Positions 49,263 to 62,364 of a DNA stretch of 64,000 nt are shown piece after piece. The position numbers were made by a program, and so were the translations under genes. Under the pieces are notes generated by a model. That model did no database searches and was not told the origin of the DNA. It was given only the letters and a program-made list of their open reading frames with translations. Numbering within the stretch: position 1 is the first letter of the stretch; each line of letters starts with the position of its first letter. Source of the stretch: Chiloscyllium plagiosum (lineage: Eukaryota); assembly GCF_004010195.1 (NCBI RefSeq), contig NC_057719.1:8906221-8970220 (forward strand), written 5' to 3'.

Positions 49263-49407
49263 TTGCAATTGTACCAGCCTCCACCACTTCCTCTGGCAGT
49301 TCATTCCATACAAGCACCACCCTCTACAAGAAAAGGTTGCCCTTTAGGTCCCTTTTAAATCTTTCCCCCTCACCCTAAACAATATGCCCTCTGGTTTTGA
49401 ACTCCCA

Positions 49408-49701
49408 CACCTTTGTCCTGCCAATGAGTGTCAGCTGAAACTAACTGATTTATTTTCCAGTAGAACTAAGCACAGAAACAGTAAGGCTAAAGTGAATTCC
49501 CAAAGTACAAGTGAGAGTATATATCTTCCACAGTTCAATAACCTGTGAGGCTTTCGGACAACTGTCTTTCACAGACTTCCCAAAACAGTGTCATATGTGA
49601 CAAATTTAACATTATAGGAAAGCGGAATGAATTATATTGAGGAAAAATCTCCACTATATATTCCAAAGCTTAAGCTCCTGAGAGTCAAGATGCCCATCAA
49701 A
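49408..49701. repeat. Right arm of the inverted duplication, embedded in a CR1 fragment
   Basis: Reverse complement of 47735-48030; CR1 sequence resumes on both sides. Confidence 0.93.
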
Positions 49702-50194
49702 AAAGTCCCAGCCTATCCATCCTTTCTTTATAACTCAAACCCTCCATTCCTGGCCACACCCTGATGAATCTTTTCTGAACCCTCTCGAGCTTAATAATAT
49801 CCTTATTGGTTCCATAGGTCGTTGCAACATCAAGGGCTGAAAGGCTTGTACTGAGCTGTAATGTTCTATGTTCTATTCTTCCTGTAGCAGAGAGACAATC
49901 TATCCACGGTCACTGTTACTGAGACGAGCTTTCAGTTCTCAATGGAATAATTGAATTTAAATTCCACCAGTCATCATGGTGAGGTTCAAGGTCATGTCCC
50001 CAGAGGATCAGTCTGAACAGCTGGATTAATAATCCACTGCCATATCACCACCCCTCCCTCTAGTTGAAAGATATGGGGTGCTAACAATTATTTGAACAAT
50101 CACTGGAGAAAACATGCTAAGAAACATTTATTTCAAAAAGCCACAAAGAATCATTCTCGAAATGCATACACATTCATGGAAACCCAAAAGCACT

Positions 50195-50635
50195 TGCACA
50201 CGCACGCTCGCACACACACACACCAGTCACACTCACACTCACACAATAACGCACACACATTCTCATACTTACACACAAAGGGACATATGCTCAGTCACAC
50301 TCATACATTCAAACACATCATGTTTTCACACACACGCACACACTCTCATGTATACACACATATATACATATTGACACACACAGATACACTCACATTCTCT
50401 TGTACACTCACATACACAAATGCACACTCTAGTACACATATACACAAACTCACACATATTCTTGTACACTTGCACACACACGCACACACTTCTATATTTA
50501 CATACAAACACATTCTCACACATATACATTTTCATACTCACATACATTCTCATACACAACACACACTCTTGTACACACACACATTTGTACTCACAGGCAT
50601 ACTCTCTTAAACACAGACACACACGTGCACACGCA
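50195..50635. repeat. (CA)n-rich degenerate microsatellite
   Basis: Simple repeat; source of the HT-rich ORFs. Confidence 0.93.
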
Positions 50636-51723
50636 TATTGCGCTACACAGTTGAACTCTGTTCGGGTATTGCTGCAGCCTCACATCTTTCAGCGCTTTAA
50701 ACGCATCAATTTAATTGCTTTCAGCATCAATTACTCCAAGTTCTGTTTTCTTTAAACTTCAATATCTCCCCACAGTAAGGTCCTGACTACACCTGTCAAT
50801 AAGAATTTTGCATGGCTGCCCATGGACATTTGGAGATCCCACTCGGCCGATTATGGAATTATCTTGATTGATTTATTTCCTTTTTTGTCCTTGAATTAGC
50901 ATATCGTTTAATGCAGATAGGTAATTGAAATTGTGAAATAAACCCCTGGGGAACCCAGAAGTGGTTAACAGATGGATGGTTGTAAAATATACCCAGCAAT
51001 AAGGATGAAAATGTGCAATTTTGTTCAGTGAGCTGAGATATATACTAACGATACTATCAACAAGGTATTGGAAGAATGAGGTGTCCTTATACCAATTCCC
51101 CTCTGCTTCTGAACAGGATAACGTACCACAGGTGCTAGGCAACCTTAACACTGGAACCCAAATGGTCACAGGCTGGAGATTTGGCTTGGCCTATTTGTAG
51201 ACTTAAATTTGTAGCATTTGAAAACTCAGTTTAACTTGTAAATGACGTGAACTTGCGTGACCCATCTTGTTGACCTGAAAGTGGAATTCCAGTTCAGGTC
51301 ATTACATTCATGTCTCAGTTTGATTTGTTTTTTAAAACTGCTTCGTTTCTTCCTGTTTGTTAGGCCATAGCTCTCTCCAGTCAAACAACAGAGGCGGTGT
51401 GATGGCTCCTCTGAGACCAATTCCAGTCAGGGGCAGTGTTGGGTCAGTCCTGGGAAAGTTAACGGTAAAGTCGCCATAGTCTTAATGGACCACAGTGTTG
51501 CTCTCTCATTAGAGAGAGACAACTGGTGATGGTTTTACCTCAGGCAAGGACAGAGATGGAGAAGGAGAGTCCTTCATGGTAACCTCAGCTGATATGGGAA
51601 TCGAACCCACTCTGTTAGGCTCACTGTCCATTGCCAACCAGCTATCCAGCCAACTGACCCCTGACATTCAGCCCATTGAGTCTGCTCTGCCATTCAATTA
51701 GGTCATGGGTGATCTGATTGTCA

Positions 51724-51963
51724 GTCAGGCGACTGACTCTGTGGAGTTTGCACGTTCTCCCCATGTCTGTGTGGGTTTCCTCCGGGTGCTCCGGTTTCCT
51801 CCCACAGTCCAAAAATGTGCAGGTTAGGTGAATTGGCCATGCTAAATTGCCCGTAGTGTTAGGTGTAGGGGAATGGATCTGGGTGGGTGTGCTTCGGTGG
51901 GTCGGTGTGGACTTGTTGGGCTGAAGGGCCTGTTTCCACACTGTATGTAATCTAATCTAATCT
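51724..51963 (+). mobile_element. 5'-truncated HE1-type SINE
   Basis: HE1 core and (TAATC)n tail. Confidence 0.9.
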
Positions 51964-53119
51964 GATAATCCTCAATACCACTTTCCTGCCTTTTCTCCAA
52001 TAACCCTTGATTCCCTGATTGATTAAAACTCTGTCTATCTCAGCCTTGAACATACTTAATGACCCAATCTTCTACAGCCTGCTAAGGAGTTGCACATTCA
52101 CTATCCTCTGAGAGAAGAAACTCCTCCTCATCTCTGTTTTAAACGTGTGGCTCCATTTTCTGAAATGATTCCCTCTGGCTCTACATTCTCTCACAAAGGG
52201 GAAACATCCTTGACCTTGTCAAGCCCTTTAAGCATCATTCATGTTTCAGTAAGATTGTCTGTCACTTTTTGAATGATTCCAAGCCCAAATCACTCCAATT
52301 CTCCTCATACAGAAATCACTCTGTACCCAGAATCAACCGAGTGACTGGACTATCTCCAATTCTCCTTTGACAGCATGATCAACACTGTTCAATGTATTTC
52401 AGCTCTGTTTGACCTTGTGTCTCACATAGTTTTATCAAGGCCTCCTTATTTTTTATATTTCATTAAAATAAAAGCCAAAAATTTATTTGCCTTCCCTATT
52501 ATTTGCTGAAGGCGGAGACTAACTTTTCATGATTAATAGACAAGGATCCCCAAATCCCTCTGCTCTGTAACTTTTCCCAGTTAAACAATATTTAGCTCCT
52601 CTATTCTCCCTGCCAACGTGCATAACCACTCATTTTTCCACATCTGCCAAGTTTTGGCTCACTTTCTTAAATTGTCTACATCTCCCTTCAGGCTCAGTCA
52701 TCCTCAGAATGTATCTTCCCACGTGTTTTTGTGTGATTCACAACCCTGAATGTGGCAAATTCACTTGCCTTACCCCAAGTCATTAATATGACTTGTAAAT
52801 AATTGTGGCCCCAGCACTGATCACTGTGACACGTCACTAGTTACAGATTGCCATCCCAGAGGTGCCCCATCTATCCCAAATCTCTGTTTTCTACTGGTTA
52901 GCCAATCCTCTATCCCATACGAACACCATGGGCTGTTCTCTGAATAAATAGCCTTATGTGTAGTACCTTCTGAAATTTCCTTTTGGAAATATATTAATAT
53001 GTTATATTTACAGATTTCACTTGATTCTACTTGCTCCCTTCTCAAGAATTCTAAGAAGTTTGTCAGGCATGATTTTTCTTCATGATACCATGCTGATTCT
53101 GCTTGACTCTACTATATAT

Positions 53120-53283
53120 TTATCTCTCCACCCTGGAGGCTCCCTGCCTCCATTCCTGATGAAGGGCATTTGCCCGAAACATCAATTTTCCTGCTCCTCA
53201 GATGCTGCCTGACCGGCTGTGCTTTTCCAGCACTACTCTAATCCAGACTCTGATTTTCAGCATCTGCAGTCCTCACTTTTGCT
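53120..53283 (+). mobile_element. Penelope pLTR-derived repeat with an intact hammerhead core (53156-53180)
   Basis: ctgatga-agggc-attt-gccc-gaaac-atcaattttc. Confidence 0.82.
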
Positions 53284-53844
53284 TATATATTTCTAAATAC
53301 TACATGCTCTATAACAGACTCCAACATTTTCCAATGATGCTGACTGTTTCTGTTTGTCTCTTCTCCTTTTGAATTAAGAAACAAATGTATTTAATCAGAG
53401 GAAATCAGTGCGTCTCCAGCAAGAAGATCTCGGAGCAGTGAGAGACGGTGTCTTGTTTGAGACAGGTGGTGTAAGAGAAGAATTTTTAAAAATGTCCAGA
53501 TGTGTTGTTTTGATGAGGACCTTATCCTCGAGGAATCAACAAGAAAAGCCTCCTTCCGTCATCAGCTCCATTTCTAAGAAGCTTCCTTATACGGAATGTC
53601 CCACTGTGTAGAGCATCACATGATCAAGCACATGCCATTCACAGTTTCTTTCCAATTACCGCGAGTCACTGGACACTGCTGAGGATTGACGATTGTCTCC
53701 TCCCTATGCTGGGAGTATCAACAATCATTACAGACCTGACAATATGATCCAATGAAACCTCCAGTCCCGAACTTTTAATCAAAGGCTTCTTCTGCTCATT
53801 CCTGTCACTGCATCCAGAGACTGAAGCTTAGGCATTTCTGCCTA

Positions 53845-54945
53845 TCCCAGCTCTCTCCCCAGGGATTGAAACTGAGATATTCCCAGTCTATCCCAGCCCT
53901 GTTCCCAGGGATTGAAGCGGAGAAATTCCTAGTCTCCTCCAACCCTGCACCCCAGAGATTGGAGCTGAGATATTCCCAATATATCCCAGTGCAGTTCTGA
54001 GGGATTGTAGCTGAGATATACCCAGTTTATCATAGCTCTATTCCCAGGGAATGAAACTGAGATATTCCCAGTCTGTCCCAGCTCTATTCCTAGAGATTGA
54101 AGCTGAGACATTCCCAATTTATCCCAGCACTGTTCTGAGGGGTTGTAGCTGAGATATTCCCAATTTATCCCAGCACTGTTCTGAGGCATTGTAGCTGAGA
54201 TATTCCCAATTTATCCCAGCACTGTTCTGAGGGATTGTAGCTGAGATATTCCCAATTCACCCCAGCGGGTGTCTGAGGAATTGTGGCTGAGATATTCCCA
54301 GTCTATCATAGCTCTATTCCCAGAGTTTGTAGCTGGGACATTCCTAGTGTCGAGAGTGTGGTGCTGGAAAAGCACAGCAAGTCAGGCAGCAACCGAGGAA
54401 CAGGAGAGTTAATGCTTCGGTCAAAAGCCGTTCATCCTGCTCCTCGGATGCAGTCCTCACTTTCACTGGGATATTCCTAGTCTATCCCAGCTATAGTACC
54501 AGGCATTGAAACTTGGATATTCCTCATCGTGTGGGCAGCACGGTGGCACAGTGGTTAGCACTGCTGCCTCACAGCGCCATGAGACCCGGGTTCAATTCCC
54601 GACTCAGGCGACTGACTGTGTGGAGTTTGCACATTCTCCCCGTGTCTGCGTGGGTTTCCTCCGGGTGCTCCGGTTTCCTCCCACAGTCCAAAGATGTGCA
54701 GGTCAGGTGAATTGGCCATGCTAAATTGCCAGTAGTGTTAGGTAAGGGGTAAATGTCGGGGTATGGGTGGGTTTCGCTTCGGCAGGTCGGTGTGGACTTG
54801 TTGGGCCGAAGGGCCTGTTTCCACACTGTAAGTAATCTAATCTAATCTAATCTATTTTAGCTCTATCCCCAAGGATTGAAACTGGGATATTCCCAGCCTA
54901 CCCGAGCTCTATTCTGGGGAACTGGAGCTGGGATATTCTCAATGT
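53845..54945. repeat. 46-bp-unit minisatellite interrupted by a PLE repeat (54348-54465) and an HE1 SINE
   Basis: Unit ctgagatattcccaatttatcccagcactgttctgagggattgtag and variants. Confidence 0.9.
54531..54854 (+). mobile_element. Full-length HE1-type V-SINE, young
   Basis: Nearly identical to 17381-17703. Confidence 0.92.
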
Positions 54946-56243
54946 GTTGTCACTGAGGATCATAGCAGTGGGTGCAGCTACCCACTGAGCCTTTGGTGGC
55001 GAGGGGGCAGTGGCAGGGGTAGAGACAAGGGCAGGCCTCAAGAACTAGGCCTTCAGTCTGCCCTTCCTTCAGGGGAAAGAGCCAGTCCAGTCAAATCTGA
55101 TTGGTTGCGAGACCAATATGAAAATCGCCTGACTTCTGTGTGGGAGCAGTCACCAGGAATGGGTGCAGTCACGGGTGCATGAACTCAGCTGAATTCCAGT
55201 GAGATAATTCGAGGCTCTCGAGAATTGGAATAATCCTATCTGAAGGGGACTGACAGCGTGAGGTGAAACTTTTAACTTGATGTGAGGTGAGTTTCCATAG
55301 CCACAGAGCTAAGGCCAACCTTAATAAAGACCCAGCCATCCAGGGGAATGTGTAAGGCTCCCCTGAAATCCATTTCAAGCTGTTGTCGATGCAACAGAAT
55401 GCAAATTTTCAGTGTTTTATATACTGTGACATTTAGACAACAGACTGTCATTCCCATTCCATTAAATAAACACAAATTTGCTGCATGCACTTAAAAGAAT
55501 TGAGGCATGATTTTATGGCTTACATTAAAGAGGCCTGAAGAGTCAAGAGACATTAATTGAACTTCAGTTCCTCCTTCTATAATATACCCACACACTCCCG
55601 ATTGAAATAGCCACTAAAAATATTGTCACTCTTCCAAAACACCTCAGCGTCTGGTAAATTCTACTGGAAAAGTATGAAGGAGAGTGGATTTTATTTGTAA
55701 AGGTGTGCCTGATCCTGATGATAGTCTCTCAGCTGTTTGTCTGTCAGTGATGGAAGGACACTCACAGTCATAGAGACGTAGAGATATACAGCACGGAAAC
55801 AGACCCTTCAGTCCAACTCATCCATGCCGATCAGATATCCTAATCTAATCTCGTCCCATTTGCCAGCAGTTGACCCATGTCCCTCTAAACCCATCATATA
55901 CCCATCCAGAAGTATTTGTCATACCACGGCATTTCTCACAGCCTCAACACGCTCCTGAACATTTTCACAACGATAGAAATCCTTCCGGAACGAGAGAGCT
56001 GTGTGGGGAAGGTGGGGAACAAATTACCTGATCTCAGCTGGGGGCAGCATTCTATTTGACCTGGGAAAAGGGAGAACTTACAGAAACATAGGAAAGGTGG
56101 TAGGCCAATGAGCCACTTGAACCGGTTTCACCATTCAATGGTATCATGGCTAATCTATGGCTTAACCCCATTTACCTGCCTTTGGTTCATATCCTTTATT
56201 ACCTTTGCTTAACAAAAAAAAAGTATATGTCTCAGATTTAAAA

Positions 56244-56432
56244 TGGGAGAAAGTGAGGACTGCAGATGCTGGAGATCAGAGTTGAGAGTGTATTGCTGGA
56301 AAAGCACAGCAGGTCAGGCAGCATCCGAGCAGCAGGAAAATCAATGTTTTGGGCGTAAGCCTGAAACATCGATTCTCCTGCTCCTCAGACGCCGTCTGAC
56401 ATGCTGCACTTTTCCAGCACCACACTCTCAAA
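56244..56432. mobile_element. Fold-back (head-to-head) PLE pLTR-derived repeat
   Basis: Inverted arms gctggaaaagcacagcaggtcagg... and ...cttttccagcaccacactctcaa joined at the stem-II position. Confidence 0.78.
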
Positions 56433-56529
56433 TCAGATTTAAAATGAGCAACTGATCTACTGTTTGTCGAACAGAGTTCCAAATCTCAACCACCGTTGTG
56501 CTTCAATAAGCCATCTCTTTTTAACTTTT

Positions 56530-57330
56530 GTATTTACTCATGGGACATGGGCATTGCTGCCTGGCCAGTAGTTATTACCCATCCCTAGTTGCCCTTGAGA
56601 AAGTGGGGGTGAGCTGCCTTCTTGAACCACTGCAGTCCATCTGTTGCAGGTTGACCCACAATGCCATTAACTAGGAAATTCCAAGATTTTGACCCACCCT
56701 CAGTGAAGGAATGGTGATATATTTCTGGTGAGTGACTTAGAGGGGAACTTGGAGGTAGTGTTGCTCCCTTACATCTACTGCCCTTGTCATTCTAGATGGA
56801 AGTGGTCAGGGGTTTGGAAGGTGCTGTCTGTGAACCTCTGGTGAATTTCTGCTGTGCACCTTGTAGATAGTGCACACTGCTGCTAACAAATTGGCAATGC
56901 TGGGGAGAGTGGATGCTTGCAGATGAGGTGCTGATCAAGCGGGCTACTTTGTCCCGGATGGTGTCAAGCTTCTTGCGTGTTGTTGGGGCTGCACCCATCC
57001 AGGCAAGTGGAGAGTATTCCATCACACTCCTGATTGGAGATGGTGAACAGGTTTTGGGGAGTCAGGATGTGAGTTATTTGCTGCAGGATTCTTGATCTCT
57101 GACCTGCTCTTGAGGCCACTGTAATCATATGGCTAGTCCAGTTCAATTTCTGGTCAATGGTAACTCCAAGAATGCTGACAGTGGGGTTTGGGTTCAGTGA
57201 TGGTCACTTATTGAAGATGGTCATTGCCTGATATTTGTATGGTGTGAATGTTACTTGCTAATTTTCAGTCCAAGCCAAGATATTGTCCAGATTTTGTTGC
57301 ATTTGGACATGGACTGCTCCAGACCATTCT
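56530..57330 (-). mobile_element. Second CR1-group LINE family, 3' fragment
   Basis: MEYSPLAWMGAAPTTRKKLDTIRDKVARLI plus 3' UTR. Confidence 0.82.
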
Positions 57331-57455
57331 AGTAACTTTGGCTGACGGATAAAGAAGGGACATGACTCAGCTATGATGCCCTCCAAGTGTGAATAGCCAA
57401 CTGATGTTCATTAATGCCACTCACAATCTGCAAATTCTCAAATGAGGAGGCCCAG

Positions 57456-58085
57456 TGTTATGATCCAGACCAAACCAACCACCATAAAATATATTAAAAA
57501 GATAGTCTATATGTTAACATGTTGCTATTTTAAAGTTAAAGGCAAGGTGTTGCACTTCAGGTGCAATTCGATTTGTCAAATTACTTGACTTAAACACACT
57601 TTATTTTTACACTACAGTTAAACTACAGACAAAATGAAAAGAAAAGAATTGGCTTAATTGTAACTGTATCAAAATGCTTAACAAAATAATAGATATATAT
57701 TAACTAAACTGTTCCAATATAGTAACATCTCATAAATACACCCTGGGCAAAGGCAAATTCAGTAAAATAGATTGTTTCACATGCAGTTTCTAGCAGCAGG
57801 ATGAGAACCCCAGCTTTTAGCTGTGACAGAGAGAGGAATAATAGTTTCCACATCCATCTTTAAGATCCCAGCAACTGGTGAAAGCTAAACATTCCTGGTT
57901 CTGTGGGAGCTTGACTCCCACCCATTCAGGCTACTTCTATTGTTCCACTTTTTAAAAAAATTCCCCAAGGCCTCACAAGCTGTTTACTTTATTGGCTTTG
58001 GAACAGATTGCTCTCCACCTCTGTATCAATATTTCTTCATAAAAAAAGAACAAAATATACCTCTTAAAACCATTGTACCATCACA
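57456..58085 (-). mobile_element. Probable solo LTR (~630 bp)
   Basis: TGTTATG...CATCACA termini, 4-bp flanks ccag/ctag (one mismatch), and AATAAA on the minus strand near 57600. Confidence 0.5.
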
Positions 58086-58267
58086 CTAGGTATAAACTGG
58101 GCAAGAGAGACATGTAACAAACATAAAAACAGTACACATTAGCAGAATTTAAATGTCTTCATGGGAGACATCTTTAAGTGGAGCTCTCAAATGGCCAACT
58201 TAGATGCCTTCAATAAATACACCACAAAAGTTGTCCAAAGCTCCAGACAAACTGCTCTATTTCTTTA

Positions 58268-58425
58268 AAAACTGAAAGAACTGCAGATGTAGTGAATCTG
58301 AAACAAAAATAGAAATTGCTGAACAGTTCTGAGGAAGTGTCACCGGACCCGAAACGTTAACTCTGACTTCTCTCCACAGATGCTGCCAGGAATGCTGAGC
58401 TTTTCCAGCAATTTCTGTTTTTGTT
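58268..58425. mobile_element. PLE pLTR-derived repeat with a hammerhead-like core at about 58329-58365 (+)
   Basis: ctgagga-agtgtc-accg-gaccc-gaaac-gttaac-tc. Confidence 0.75.
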
Positions 58426-59429
58426 GTTGCTGCTGATGTTTTATTTATTTTCCTACCAGGTGTTCGCAACACTCCAGCCTTAAATGGCAAACCTCCTTGA
58501 ACTAGTCCCTTTGGCAATGAAAAGCTGTTACCATGCCTTTCTCAATATGCAGTAATCAAGAGCATTCAGGAGAGAAGCAGCACAGACGTATTTAAGGAAA
58601 ATACAAATAACTTCGGAAAACAGGAACTATGTCCCTTTAAGACAGTAGAAAGATAAGAATACCATTCAAACGAAAGGACCCTCTTTAAAGTTCTGCAGTA
58701 CCAAGTGTACCATTTTAATTACCGAAAGTTGGATTTAGGAGGTCAGTTCACTTGATAATTCTTGTATTTTGCCACTCTCGAAGATAATGTTAACATCATT
58801 CACCACTCTTGAAGATAATGTTAACATCAATCCTGCCAAGGATGGACTCCAAACTTGTCTCAAGCAAGTGTGCAGTTTCTAGTGACTCAGTTGTTGCTAT
58901 AGTTACGTCCTGCCGTCCTCTTGTTTAAAAAAAAATGAGGAAGTCTCCTGGGTGAATGGTCTAAACTTGATGATCACAAGGATTTGGGTTCTTGATCCTG
59001 CTGACACGTTGTGTCAACTCCTGCACATGTCCTCAGGCCTAACGCAAAGGGCTGTTCGTTCACTGCCTCCAACCTGTCTCAGCTCATTTGTCAACCTTTC
59101 GCAAAGGTTCCCTTGCCTGCAAAGCTGTCTTTGCCTGGCAAAGGTTACACTGCTCCAACGCTGGGCATGGAGCAGGAAATCAATGAGGTGCACTACTGTG
59201 CCAGACTCTCCAGTGTGGCACACACTCCCCCCCCCCCCCCCCCCCCCCGGGTACAAAGGAGCAGGCTGAGGACAGGGTAACAAATAATTCTTTCAAGAGA
59301 GTATTCACTGAAGGTGGCTGAGCTCTGGACACTGGAATTATTAAAGAAACAGCAGGCAGTATAATAGGGAAGGGAAGGTGGACGTTTGAGAGCTGTAAGG
59401 TGGCAAATAATATTTTACTTTGAATGTTC

Positions 59430-59870
59430 TATCTCTCCCCAAGTTATCACTTTCTTTCTCTCCCCCTTGCTCTTCCTCACCATCTGTTCTCTCTCTGTCT
59501 TTCTCTGCCTTTCCTATTACTCCCTCCCAACTCAGTTCTCTTTTGCTACCTATCCTCCTTTCTCTCTCTCTTGCTGTTCACCTCCCTCTCCCTCCACAAG
59601 CTTTCTCCCTTTTTCTGTCCCTTTCACTTTCTCAGTTCTCTCTCCCCCTTTCTCTTTCACTTCCCAAGTTTTCTCTCTCTCTCTCCCACTTTCTTTTTCA
59701 CTTCTCTCTGGCTCTCCACTTCTCCCCATCTCCTTCTCTCTCATTTCCCCAGTTCTCTCTCACTTTTGCCCCCCATCTTTTCTTTTTCTCTTCCCCATTT
59801 CTCTGTCTTTCTCTCCGTCTCATTCTCAATCTTCTTTCTCTTTTGTTCACTCTCTCTCTGTCTCTGTGAT
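59430..59870. repeat. CT-rich low-complexity polypyrimidine tract
   Basis: Source of the SLF-rich ORFs. Confidence 0.93.
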
Positions 59871-60534
59871 GTTTAGATTTTGTAAAGAGGCGTTCTGTAG
59901 GTGTGTAATATTTATGAGATTTTTCAATAAACTAAATTTGATTTGTGCGATGCTCATCTTAATTATTTTTTCTTCTTGTATTTCTGTTCTTCCCAAAATC
60001 ATTTGAGACACAACATCAGTCAGGATCTCTTTCAGATTCTGTATTAGTTTTTTCTACAATTGATGTGCAAGGTACTCCCAAATGAGATTATGATGTGTTG
60101 GTTATATTTCCCTTTCATAAGTTAGACTGAACAGGCAATAATCTGTGTCAGCCATTTCATCCGGGAAAATGCCAACCAGGTTTGATCAGTGTTGACCGTT
60201 TCGGATTGGGGAACGGTCAACTGACTACAACCGTGATTGGCCATTGCCAATTGGTCCCATATCTCAACTGGCGATGGGTTCAACCTGCTCTGGTTGAACC
60301 GTGTCTTGTCCTGGGTTAATGGGTGAGAAGCCACAGTGTGATGATGTGGCAGGCAACAAGGCACAGTCACAACAGGGTCAACTAGGTCCCATTTGGTGCT
60401 GTACTGCTCTTGGGGGAGCTATGGATTTCAGTGGTGTTAACATGAACCGGCAGAGATTGAAGGTCAAACAATTTCCAACCGAGTGTGAGGGAAGGCAATG
60501 GGAGAATACACATCCAAGCCATTCCCTGGCAATA

Positions 60535-60810
60535 GGGCGGCATGGTGGCTCAGTGGTTAGCACTGCTCCCTCACAGCGCCGGGGACCTAGGTTCGGTTTC
60601 ATCCTCAGGTAACTATCTATGTGGAGTCTGCGCGGCTTTCTGCCCAGTGCTCAGGTTTTCTCCCACAATCCAAAGGTATGCAGGTTAAGTTGGCTGGCCA
60701 TGCTGAATTGCCCCATGGTATCCAGAGATACACAGGCTAGATGGACTAGCCATGGGAAAGGCAGAGTTAGGGGGATGGATTGGGGGGTATTCCACAATGT
60801 AGGGATTCTA
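60535..60810 (+). mobile_element. HE1-type SINE, diverged
   Basis: ggtggctcagtggttagcactgct head and V-domain core. Confidence 0.8.
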
Positions 60811-60914
60811 TGTGCTTCTTATATCAGTTGGCATTCAATAGCACAGTGGCAGAAAGCTGGAGTAAAAAACAGTCCCCAATGTTGATTTGTATGTCACAGC
60901 AATTATGTAACAAA

Positions 60915-61360
60915 TGAGGGGGTTATCCTCTGAGGAGAGGTTAAGCCACCTGGGACTATACTTGCTAGAATTTAGAAGAGAGGGGATCTTAAAGAAACAT
61001 ATACAAGGTGTTGAAAGGGATAGATAAGATAGAGGCAGGCAAATTGTTTCGACTGGTGGGTGAGACTAGGACGAGGGGATATGGCATCAAGATTATGAGG
61101 AGTAGAGTTTGGACAGAAATGAGGAGGAACTGTTTTTCACAAAGATTAGTGAACCTATGGAATGCTCTGCCCAAGGAGGCAGTAGAGGCAGCTTCATTAA
61201 AATTATTCAAAACACGGTTGGATGGGAAGGCAAATTAATGGTTGTCGGGATAGTGCAAGTAGGAGGAGCTGAGACAATGGATAGATCAGCTATGATCTTA
61301 ATAAATGGTGGAGCAGGCTTGATGGGCCAAATGGCCTCCTCCTGCTTCTATCACTATGAA
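60915..61360 (+). mobile_element. CR1 LINE 3' fragment
   Basis: KGIDKIEAGKLF...FSQRLVNLWNALPKEAVEA plus 3' UTR. Confidence 0.88.
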
Positions 61361-61554
61361 ACCTTGATGCCCTGAAGTTCCATGTTCAGGATATCATCAA
61401 AGTAATATGGGATGTGACCTGACGCATTGAAGGTCTCAGCCTCCACCTTACTGTGACCACTTGCAGCATGACACATTGAGGGAAGTGTGCTGGAGAGTTT
61501 GGAACCAAATAGCTCCATACAAACCCAAACATGGCAGTGCCTTTGTTTGGAATA

Positions 61555-61750
61555 CAAAGGGTCCCCAATTTTTGAACGCTCGTAGTTACAAACGTGATCC
61601 TCTACCAGATATAATTTTAAAGACCTGATATACGAATACTTACTGTTCTTATGAATGGCTCCTTTATATTGTTCTTCATTTTATCTGCATACAACTCAAC
61701 TTGTGAACAGACTTGAGAACAGAACCTGTTTGCAAACTGGGGAACAGCTG
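61555..61750. mobile_element. Possible Tc1/mariner (Tigger-like) MITE remnant
   Basis: TA flanks. Degenerate TIRs caaagggtccccaatttttgaac versus cagctgttccccagtttgcaaac (reverse complement of the right end). Confidence 0.4.
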
Positions 61751-62364
61751 TATGTAGAGATAGCAGGAGCCATATTGAAAGCCTTTTGAATCTTCCATTT
61801 CTTTATAACTCAGGTACAACTCTTATATTACGTAGTACCACTTCATCAGGTATAATGCTGAGTATTAGATAAAAGAGTACGAAGAGGCCATTCAGCCCTT
61901 CTAGCCTGCTTCAACATTCTATACGGTCTTAGCTGATCTTCTCCAGGCCTTAAGTCTTCTTTCGAGGCAACTCCTCCTAGGCCTCAATTCCTTCAAAAAT
62001 CTATCTACCTCTTCTTTAAGTACTTTCAGTAATCTCGCCTCCATCATTCTCTGGGATAGAGAATTCCAGACATTCAGTAACCCCCGGGAGAAGAAATTCC
62101 TTTGTGTCTCAGTTTCAAATGAGTGACTTTGTTGCCGAGTTCAAGATTCCCAACACCTCAACATCTACCTTGACTAGATCCCCTCGAATCCTCAATATTT
62201 TATAAAGGTCACCTGCCATTCTTTTAAACTCTAAAGAATAAAGACCAGGCCTGTCTAGACATTCTCAATAGGTCAACCCCTTCATCCTTGGAATAAGCCC
62301 CATGCATCTCTTTTGAACTGCCTCCAACATCAGTGCACCATTTCTTAAACTGAAGGTGACACCG

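Noticed and set aside
53400..53830. Unique mid-GC stretch as a possible exon
   Set aside because: The frames I examined are short or interrupted and show no recognisable protein similarity.
59386..60006. 206-aa hydrophobic ORF
   Set aside because: Translation of a CT-rich low-complexity tract.
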